Of a DNA stretch of 22,685 nucleotides, positions 11,101-18,376 are shown in pieces (the first letter of the stretch is position 1; every line of letters starts with the position of its first letter). The translations under genes and the position numbers were made by a program. Location: positions 62,001 through 84,685 of the forward strand of contig MRSU01000808.1 in NCBI GenBank assembly GCA_008369845.1. The letters run 5' to 3'. The notes beneath the pieces are model-generated. The model had not been told where the DNA came from. It saw only the letters and a program-made list of their open reading frames with translations, and made no database searches. The stretch is from Trichomonas gallinae. Taxonomy: Eukaryota.

Positions 11101-12792
11101 TGCTACATGTTTTCAATTGTATCAAGTATTTTCACAATTCTTCCTTCTTTCCATGATCCATCGCTCAAAGAAATGTGCCCAGTACCTTCTGCAGAGTTGT
11201 ATGTTTTCGAGAATAACATCCCAATTGTCGCAAAGTATCTCAACTTGCTACAGCTTGGTGGAGGATCAAAAGAAGATCCACCTTTCTCAGGCATGAAGCA
11301 AGCAATCCTTGATTCCGATGTAATCCTTGATGTCATGATTCCAGAAGGTTTACCAACAACTATCATTGAGTCAGCTCACTCATTCAAGACATTAGGCCAG
11401 CTTTATTTGTCCACTGCCTTGATGATAAGATTCTATTCGCAGATGAAGCAAGATCACTGGCCAAGATTAAGAGGAGATGGTGTTGAACAGTTATGGAAAC
11501 TCGGACCGCTTGAGTTATACGATTCTTTCTACTACGAAGCTGGCCAGAAGATCATTCCAACAATTGACAGGGACATTGTTTCAAATGGCTCCAATATCAA
11601 CACTTATGGAACAATATTATGCATTGCTGCTTTTGTTTTTGTTTTAATTTCCGTCAATTTTATTTTACATGAAGAGAAATTGTTGAGATTCATGATTTCC
11701 AATTTGATGAGAGTTGATCCTTTGATAGTTTTCGCTAACCAAATGATCGTCGATATTCTCACTGGAACTTACAAAGCCAGGAATGATAACAGTGGTGATA
11801 AATCAGCACAGTTCCATGCCGATGTTATGAACAAACTTAACGATATCATCATTGTTTGTGCCGATGAAACACAGAAAGTTATTTCTGTCAACGCTGCCTT
11901 CGAAGAAATGTTCGGAATCAAACAAGATGAAATCGCAGAGACAAAGATTAATGATTTCTTCTTCGATGGAAAATTCAACTGCGATACACAAATTGATAAA
12001 GTCCTCAACCATCAAACAACATTGATCTACGAAAATCAGCATCATGACAAAGTTTATCTTGAATTCACGAGCCAATTAGTATCAGGAAGAAAGATTTATT
12101 CAGGAAGAAACATCACGCAAACATTGATGCACGATAAACTTATCGCTGAAGAGAAAATGAAATCAGATAAAATGCTAGCATCCATTTTGCCGCAATGCTT
12201 AGTTGCAAGAGTTCAGCATGGCGAAAAGAACATTTCCTTCGCTGTTCAAAGCGTCTCTGTCCTCTTCTTGGATATCGTTGAATTCACTCCATGGTGCGGC
12301 TCTCATGATGCACAGTATATCATGGGAATGTTGAATATCATTTTCAAAGAATTCGATCAAATCACAAATCAGCATGCAACAATGACAAAAATCAAATGCA
12401 TTGGCGATTGCTATATGGCAGCTGGTGGTATTTTCGATGAAGTTAATCAGCCAGCTGTTCACTCAAAGGAAGTCGTCAATTTCGGAACATTAGTCATCAA
12501 GAAACTTCTTCAAATCAATGAAACACACAACGAAAAGCTTAGAATTCGCGTCGGTGTGAATACAGGAGGTCCAATTGTTGCTGGTGTCATTGGAACAGAG
12601 AAGCCAACTTTCGAAATTCTTGGCCCAGCAATAAACATTGCACACGAGATGGAACATCATGGCGTTCCAATGAAAGTCCACATTTCTCGCCCAGTTTACG
12701 AATTGATTTATGGCCAACACTTCGAAATCAAAGAACGTGGTGAGATTGACGTCAAAGGTGGAAAAATGTTTACTTATCTTGTCGATCCATAA
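8158..12792 (+). CDS. Transmembrane adenylate/guanylate cyclase (class III) with PAS domain, TMAC family, paralog 2
   Basis: 1544-aa ORF collinear with 1905-6554 over its full length. It has the same motifs (VLFLDIVEFT, KIKCIGDCYMAAGG, GPIVAGVIGTEKPTFEILG) and the PAS-like LNDIIIVCADETQKVISVNAAFEEMFG. Confidence 0.96.
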   Translation: MEDTHGGVSRGSSMFQSTLSSKVYDLIDVPLNQKIRENVSALFNYLDMYGPKIPFLHVIVTYIRLFQYIGGSFMATNQAVFDRGTLSFKVIDIVSVLFHIIPVSYREGIEWIVLYVSNGILTIFLFYLIITSFRYRATSVVSKRTTFLLTIFMSFVPFILIPISIQYAGQIISLAFVSVKAIPLVSLIAIGFTIFNFVMYSWIIVACYTKTLTFRNYSFQSIEGGPQCKLFFMTNLITFVSSITSYLKPWYSFGLVIFSALCYLYNLTTVFNCGTFVFTRDQTMVLGGSILGFLLCCASVYPILDDDEWPDYFPACLAGVAVIVFALSNYFIQRRVRKDLLLLDEFESTLNFDIIGSKNKFKQIVGSGFANNHQMCADFIVFKAAVEKWPNDIDVWFIYAKFVSIYPELSSVLIFISTSMQHLVKKNPETKHIINNIGQIIKSRESKFSQDVKSRIAKLTKQFNKTKAKLRNIWDLILQGNTNELDYAIKNAFENTHISEVEVNQLMMLYPNNRYVMRQYYKFLNEIKSDLLGARKCQDNIVLLQKGISINQDTLYELGYIAFPYMSEFTDMLANKSERITTDNEVSGLDEVIGEDFDSQKIESLKKLIDNAKIPAIKFMLLATIIPYIFFVLIPVLVMGVSFTYYANKLEEPLNYLYGIAYIRNLINMLPTFIGKYVLEEMDDPKNTSQKLMGHTQLDPRLELKSYGRYRTMKEITQYLCSIVPDTTKLLTGLRTFKEGNAIIEEVRTKVFSNVLPFNFYLNSKDVRKTQTSLVQLIYMIATHCTKVLEFTVVDVSVGAGLDAVTSRSNDVTTTRVSSEALMRTVDYIREQDSFYQKLFQGMMFAGIGLAIIVFSVLTSVELKKLKKCKEVLYGIFATLPKVVLSNISMSFNKTEANMSSTMKASANSDVNKQEEGIIKIFSSVNDGSDSGSFHTFIIFDMIVICACSCLAFLVLMESYSKASNTLVSSCHHINYLYGSICYMFSIVSSIFTILPSFHDPSLKEMCPVPSAELYVFENNIPIVAKYLNLLQLGGGSKEDPPFSGMKQAILDSDVILDVMIPEGLPTTIIESAHSFKTLGQLYLSTALMIRFYSQMKQDHWPRLRGDGVEQLWKLGPLELYDSFYYEAGQKIIPTIDRDIVSNGSNINTYGTILCIAAFVFVLISVNFILHEEKLLRFMISNLMRVDPLIVFANQMIVDILTGTYKARNDNSGDKSAQFHADVMNKLNDIIIVCADETQKVISVNAAFEEMFGIKQDEIAETKINDFFFDGKFNCDTQIDKVLNHQTTLIYENQHHDKVYLEFTSQLVSGRKIYSGRNITQTLMHDKLIAEEKMKSDKMLASILPQCLVARVQHGEKNISFAVQSVSVLFLDIVEFTPWCGSHDAQYIMGMLNIIFKEFDQITNQHATMTKIKCIGDCYMAAGGIFDEVNQPAVHSKEVVNFGTLVIKKLLQINETHNEKLRIRVGVNTGGPIVAGVIGTEKPTFEILGPAINIAHEMEHHGVPMKVHISRPVYELIYGQHFEIKERGEIDVKGGKMFTYLVDP

Positions 12793-12869
12793 TAATCATG
12801 AAATTTAGTTTAGTTTAGTTTTTATTTTTATCATGTATCTTTTTAAATGTCTTACTTTCTTTATTTTTT

Positions 12870-12954
12870 CATGTCCTTATCTTGTTTTCTACGAGGTTTT
12901 AATTTTATTCGATAAAAATCTTAAACATAATCGGAAAAACAAGATGAGAATATG
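12870..12954. repeat. Imperfect inverted repeat / long hairpin between convergent genes
   Basis: ATCTTGTTTT (12879-12888) pairs perfectly with AAAACAAGAT (12936-12945). The stem extends to ~19 bp with G-U pairs. An inner stem TTTTAT-TCG-ATAAAA (12903-12917) has nearly the same centre. Confidence 0.6.
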
Positions 12955-13146
12955 TTTTTACAGCTTCTATGGTTATAAAAATAGCTATTATAAAGCCTAA
13001 GTAAGGAAAAAATATGAAATATTTATTAAAACAAACAAGCGAGATTAGTAGGTTGATGATAATATATCCGATATTTTATAGATGTTTATATATGCGGCGA
13101 CTGCTAGTTGTCAAGGTCGATTATTTTTAATGCCATTTCGTTTGAA

Positions 13147-14388
13147 TTACTTCCGCTGCGGCAGCTTGGTATATATTGCACAGCAAATATACTTTTCCAC
13201 GATATCCAATATCAAAGAATTCGTTTTATAAAATGAGGAATCAATCGAATAATATGAATTCTTGATTTCGATAATGATACGAGATAAGTTGAACTCGTTA
13301 TTATTAAATTGAAAGCTGTAAGGAACTTGGCACGAATTTATAATTAAAATTAATGATCGATTAAATATGAAGTTACATGAATTGTACTTTTTGGGCTGTA
13401 ATTTCTGAATTGAACTGACTATATTATCTTTGACATTGATGCAACCATAAAATTTTTCAACATATGAATTTTCATTGTTCATAATCAACTGTATTATTGA
13501 TTTTGGCACATTATTAAGAATATAACTATTGATTGACTGACCTTGTTCGAGTTTCTCTGTCGATTTATTATTAAAAAAGAAATCATGGATTGGAATTAGA
13601 AGAGATTCTGCATCATGATAAGCACGTATTGTTATATCGGATTTCATGTAAATTCCAAGAAGAATTTCACAAATAACTGGATCATTTTTGTAGAAATAAA
13701 TCGATTTCTGAAATTTTTCCAATAAATCGCGATGTAATTTCAGAATTTCAATTATCATATCCGAATTGAAACGATCTGACCGTATTAAATCGGAAATATA
13801 ATGGTTATTTGTCAGATTCAATAATTTGATTACTAAAAGAACTACAAATTTGTTTGTATAATGTGATTTTAGATCCATTGTCAAAAGGTGATCGATTTCG
13901 TAGAGTATTTCTGGTATTTTATCGTATAAACTTTCTAGAACAAATATTTTCGATAATTCTTGGAAATAATTTTTGAGCTCGTCCGATGGATTTTTGTTTA
14001 CATCGCTTGTAACTGCTTCAATGTAATAATTATAAAGCAACAAAATATATTTTGGAATTGAAATTAATTGTTCTGCTTGAATTTCTTGGAGCTGGGAAAT
14101 TCCTTTAATTAATTCTTGTATTGTGTATAATTTATGTCTGATATCTTCAACTTTCTCGAAATTTTTAATAATAATCTGATTTAAAGAATTTTTGAAGTAA
14201 GATTCATCAATTACTACTGTAGATCTATCCATTTTTCTAATACCTAATTGTCCAATTCTTGATAAACCAAAAGATTTATGTCCTGGCGTTAAAAAGTCAT
14301 GATTTGGAGATGAAAATGGCGCCGAAAGGTCTGGATCTGGAATTCCTAAAAGATGTTTACCAGCCTTTCTATTTTCATCAGTCAGCAT
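13147..14388 (-). CDS. Hypothetical protein (413 aa)
   Basis: Long ATG-initiated ORF in very AT-rich DNA, AAAATG-like start context (TAAATG), with CCTTT motifs upstream. No family was recognised with confidence. Confidence 0.8.
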   Translation of the reverse strand: MLTDENRKAGKHLLGIPDPDLSAPFSSPNHDFLTPGHKSFGLSRIGQLGIRKMDRSTVVIDESYFKNSLNQIIIKNFEKVEDIRHKLYTIQELIKGISQLQEIQAEQLISIPKYILLLYNYYIEAVTSDVNKNPSDELKNYFQELSKIFVLESLYDKIPEILYEIDHLLTMDLKSHYTNKFVVLLVIKLLNLTNNHYISDLIRSDRFNSDMIIEILKLHRDLLEKFQKSIYFYKNDPVICEILLGIYMKSDITIRAYHDAESLLIPIHDFFFNNKSTEKLEQGQSINSYILNNVPKSIIQLIMNNENSYVEKFYGCINVKDNIVSSIQKLQPKKYNSCNFIFNRSLILIINSCQVPYSFQFNNNEFNLSRIIIEIKNSYYSIDSSFYKTNSLILDIVEKYICCAIYTKLPQRK

Positions 14389-14402
14389 TTAAAATTATAT
14401 AT

Positions 14403-14430
14403 AAAAGGGTCTGGACAATTTAAAAAGGGT
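14403..14430 (-). promoter_or_regulatory. Two M5-like (CCTTT) alternative initiator motifs
   Basis: On the minus strand ACCCTTTT occurs twice (plus-strand AAAAGGGT at 14403-14410 and 14423-14430), about 15 and 35 nt upstream of the ATG at 14388. No TCAYT Inr lies nearby. Confidence 0.5.
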
Positions 14431-14918
14431 GTTTAATAAAAATGCCAACATATTTTGTAAAGTGATTTTAAAATTGTGTATTTTTATTCTTTGTATATAA
14501 TTACGCATAATGGCTTATTCAAAATCTCCAAAATTCTATTTTTTTGCCGAGATTTTCATTTTTCTTATTAAATTTTGAATTTTTTAAATCGTAAAGATTT
14601 ATATTTTTTTATAATGAAAAATGCCAATCATAGAATTACGCACTATTTTCATCATATGAATCAGGCAAAAAGCTCATAAATATGAGATGCAGAGAGGTTT
14701 CTGGTGTCAAATCTGAAATAATTCACTAATATTATATCATAAATCACTAAGAATTCACAAATTAATGATAGGGTATCACTGTATTTTAGATATAAATGAT
14801 GAATCAATAGTTATTCAAACGTTTTATCAGTTACATCGTTAATTAACCATCAATATCTAGGTTTTATATGCAATGCTGGACTATATCTTTAATTTGAGTT
14901 TGGATTTGTCCACATGGA

Positions 14919-15297
14919 ATTGCAGCTGAATTAGGATGCACTGACTGTAGTTTAGGATGCACTGAGATCTCATCATTATCCCTGTCTGTGTAATAGACCG
15001 AACTTCAATTTCATCCGCAGCATTATGGAAAACTGTGTTTCTTGATGATTTCATCTTTTGTAGGGCAATCAGCCAACTCTCGGAGATATTCTGTGACACA
15101 GTGAGATGCAGTTCTTTTATATAATAGTCTGAAATATTAGAAAAATGAAGATACTTTAAGATTGGGTTTCATCAAAATGTCATCAAGAATCATCCAAATG
15201 CCAATTCATTAACACTGGAAGAGATGTCAACACAAAATACCAATACAATAGTACAGCTTTGACTCTTGCTTCAAATAATGTTTATCATGAAAGATGA
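14919..15297 (+). pseudogene. Decayed ankyrin-repeat gene remnant
   Basis: Three fragments in different frames resemble ankyrin repeats: IAAELGCT(E)I (from 14919), HYGKLCFLMISSFVGQ (15021-15068) and WVSSKCHQESSKCQFINTGRDVNTKYQYNSTALTLASNNVYHER* (15163-15297). Stops and frameshifts separate them. Confidence 0.55.
14931..14965 (+). repeat. 14-bp exact direct repeat with 21-bp period
   Basis: TTAGGATGCACTGA at 14931-14944 and 14952-14965. Confidence 0.9.
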
Positions 15298-15319
15298 TGT
15301 TTTATTTTAGACCTCATAA

Positions 15320-15823
15320 ATGCTTTTGTTTAGATAGTTAAACGCATCATTCGGCTTTGTGTATTATATTTATGAAGATTTAAACTTATTTTATTGTTTC
15401 GCAACTCATCAATTAATATTAATTGAAGGGAGCTCATTGGTTGGAATAAGTTTATGATGTTATTTGATGAAGACAGTAAGTTGAAGCATATAAAACTATC
15501 ATCGATTGAAATAAAAAAGAACTTCATTCATTTCCAACATATTTCAATTGCTTTAACATCAATTGAATTTGTAATTGAAATTTGCTAATCCAAACAAACT
15601 GGAGAAATTTAGCATAAATACTATTAAGCGTTTATAGAGTAGATTTTCTTTGATTGATATCATAACTATCAAAAAATTGGCAGAAATTAAATTTGGAAAA
15701 GTTTTTAAAAATCCTGGCCAATTCTTCGACAATACTCATGTGTAGACTATAAACGATCCATTTATTAACAAATTAACCTCCAAAATAGAGACATGTCCAT
15801 TTTCACAAAAAATTGCTCAATGA
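15320..15823 (+). pseudogene. Possible heavily deleted BspA-like remnant
   Basis: MLLFR*LNASFGFVYYIYED..YCFA..LIEG is followed in a shifted frame by FDEDSKLKHI (15463-15492). The order matches FEYED, YNCFA, SIEG and IDENSRLQYV in the BspA gene at 18371-19840. The matches are short. Confidence 0.3.
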
Positions 15824-16463
15824 AGTGACTTACTTTTGAGAGATTTCCACAACGTGCTTTTCATAACTATCCACAGAATGCTTTTCTTTCAATAAATCAA
15901 ACCAAATTGGCGAGATTTGTTTTACGGCTCTTAATTTTATAGATTTTATCCGAATAAACATTAATTCTAATCTACTCTTTCTACATGCAATATGAATTTC
16001 GAGGATAAATAATCGAATAAAATATTTTATGAAAAATCTAATTTCAAAATTGATTTTGAATGTATTCTTTAACGTGCATTGTTTGGTCATCGAGAACAGT
16101 TGAAATGGATAGCTCCTGCATGTTTTATATTCATTATTTCGAAAATTTTCAAACATAACTGAAAATATCCACAACCGGACATCGTTAAACATTGTTTTAC
16201 GACTAGCATAATTATAATTTACAATGAAACGATTCGCTTTTCATAGCAAATTTTAATTCAGAAAATAATAACGTGTTTTTGAGATTTCATTTTCTACATT
16301 TCAGAAGCCTATAACTTATAATATCCAGTAATGCAAGAAAAATGCTCTAATTATGATATTTCAGAAATGCTCTTTTTATTTTAAAGCTGTGAACATGATA
16401 AACAGATTATATAGGTTCTATATATTTCATATTCATCAACTAATTTAAAAATAACAAATTTGC

Positions 16464-16495
16464 GAAATTTGCAAAAATCGATTTTTACAAATTTC
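16464..16495. repeat. 32-bp near-perfect palindrome upstream of the kinase
   Basis: GAAATTTGCAAAAATCGATTTTTACAAATTTC: 15 of 16 symmetric pairs are complementary, with no spacer. Confidence 0.85.
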
Positions 16496-16615
16496 TAAAT
16501 GTTTTTAGGATACATACATTTTTCTTATATTATTTTTGATATCAAAACTATTCCAAGGATGTTTATTTTTTTTATGCATCGGTTTTGAAAAAAAAAAAAA
16601 ATAAATCAAAAAAAT

Positions 16616-17965
16616 ATGAGTTCAGGCGTTCAAGTAGTTGCGCCAACGAAAATAGGGCCATACACGATCCGTGGCACTGTTGGCGAGGGCGCCTTTTCGG
16701 TTGTTAAGTTAGCTTACAGCGAAGAAAAGCAACAATACTATGCGTGTAAGATTGTTCCAAAATCAAGATTATCAACCCACCACTTAGAAAAGAGATTTGA
16801 ACTTGAAATTAGAATCAACCAACAAATGCATCATCCGGGCATTGTCGGAATGATTGATATACTCAAGGACAAATTAAATTATTATGTTATTATGGAGTTC
16901 TGTCCGAATGGAGAACTGTTTCAGTACATTGTCGACCATGGCAGACTCAAAGAGGATGAAGCTAGGCCGAAAATCAGACAGTTGCTCGAAACGTTAGAAT
17001 ATATTCATCGAATGGGTGTAACACATCGCGATTTGAAGCCAGAAAATATCCTTTTGGACCAGTTTGGTCAACTTAAAGTATCAGATTTCGGTCTCTCGAG
17101 GTTCCTTGACTCGCGAGGCCTCGCTTCTACTCCTTGCGGCTCTCCTTGCTATGCATCGCCAGAGTGCATTAGCGGCAAGCCATACGATGGCATCACTAGC
17201 GATGTTTGGTCCTCCGGAGTCATTTTATACGCAATGGTTACCGGCCAGCTCCCTTGGACGAAGAGAAATCAGACACAGTTATTCGAACAGATTAGGCACG
17301 GCGAGTATACAATTCCTTCATACCTTTCTTATCAATGCACAGACTTTATTCGGAGCTTAATGACCGTTGACAATAAAAAGCGCCTTACAATTCCACAGGC
17401 ACTCAAGCATCCATTCTTGAGTGAGGTTCCACAAGTTGAAATGCAGCCAACAGACTCTTCAAACTATATTTCCCTTCGTAGAGTAGATAACTTCTTTGAT
17501 ACTGATATTAGCTACTCGAGTATCCCTATTGCATCCAAGAAAACACAGAATATCTCTGCTACGAACTTCAATTACGAACAATTCTCAAATCTTATCCAAG
17601 GAAAAACCGTTAAAATCAGGATGAGACCAAACAAACTTGCACGCAATGCCAGAATAATTCGCACATCCACAAGAGATATTGCCCAGGCTGTCGCATTTCC
17701 AGAAGGAAGAAGAAGGTCATCAATTATGGAGCCAACAGAAGAATCGAAAACAGAAAAGTCATCAAATTCATCACGAATCAGTGCAACAATGGATGTACCA
17801 AAGCGTCATTCGGGAACTTATCGCAGAGTAACTCCTCCTGTTGTAGAAGAAGCCCCAAAGAAGAAGATGAAACCTCGTAAATCGGCTGATATTACAGAAT
17901 CTTACGAAGCACGTCCACGGACAACGGTTCGTAAGATAACTCGCCCTAAGCCGATCAAATTGTAA
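16616..17965 (+). CDS. CAMK-group (SNF1/AMPK-related) Ser/Thr protein kinase
   Basis: Complete catalytic motifs: GEGAFSVV, YACK, HRDLKPEN, SDFGLS, STPCGSPCYASPE and DVWSSGVILY. The C-terminal tail is basic and Ser-rich. Confidence 0.96.
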   Translation: MSSGVQVVAPTKIGPYTIRGTVGEGAFSVVKLAYSEEKQQYYACKIVPKSRLSTHHLEKRFELEIRINQQMHHPGIVGMIDILKDKLNYYVIMEFCPNGELFQYIVDHGRLKEDEARPKIRQLLETLEYIHRMGVTHRDLKPENILLDQFGQLKVSDFGLSRFLDSRGLASTPCGSPCYASPECISGKPYDGITSDVWSSGVILYAMVTGQLPWTKRNQTQLFEQIRHGEYTIPSYLSYQCTDFIRSLMTVDNKKRLTIPQALKHPFLSEVPQVEMQPTDSSNYISLRRVDNFFDTDISYSSIPIASKKTQNISATNFNYEQFSNLIQGKTVKIRMRPNKLARNARIIRTSTRDIAQAVAFPEGRRRSSIMEPTEESKTEKSSNSSRISATMDVPKRHSGTYRRVTPPVVEEAPKKKMKPRKSADITESYEARPRTTVRKITRPKPIKL

Positions 17966-18155
17966 TTTTACGATAAAGATTATTGTAGCTATTCTTATTT
18001 CAACCAGAGTTATTTAGCAAAATCTTCTTTTTATTGCATATTTCAAAATATTGATTAATTTTTTCTATTTTTAACGAATTTTAATGATATACACGGATAG
18101 TATTCACCGAAATTGATTAGTTTTTTTGGTTAAATTAAACAAGATTTCCAAATCC

Positions 18156-18376
18156 GACAATTTACACGACATATTTGACATATAAAATATCTATATGTCA
18201 GAAAATGATCGCTAAGCGAATCACCTGTCTCAAGCGATGCGTCAATTATATGCTCTTTTAAACATGTGTGAGGTTGCCAAAAGACTTAATATGTAGTACA
18301 AAGACTTGTAACTGTAAGAGTATCAACAAATTTGACAATTTACACGACAGTTTTGACAAAAATAGTTTACATGTCA
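18156..18376 (+). repeat. Two ~44-bp imperfect direct repeats 178 bp apart
   Basis: GACAATTTACACGACA is exact at 18156-18171 and 18334-18349. Each copy continues with TTTGACA..AAATA..ATGTCA, ending at 18200 and 18376. Confidence 0.85.

Noticed and set aside
2016..12720. Many 60-112 aa ORFs antisense to or nested in the cyclase genes, including the similar pair 6300-6482 and 12490-12720
   Set aside because: Shadow ORFs of long coding sequences. The similar pair simply mirrors the near-identical cyclase 3' ends.
12804..12822. (TTTAG)3 after the cyclase 2 stop codon
   Set aside because: Trivial microsatellite, too short to be telomeric or otherwise meaningful.
15830..16192. 120-aa minus-strand ORF divergent from the kinase
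   Set aside because: F/I/K-rich composition typical of AT-rich noncoding DNA with no motif. It cannot be supported as a gene without expression data.
16562..16605. Poly-T and poly-A tracts forming a hairpin before the kinase ATG
   Set aside because: Low-complexity pairing expected by chance.
17064..17360. 98-aa alternative-frame ORF inside the kinase
   Set aside because: By-product of the GC-richer kinase codons, with a non-ATG start.
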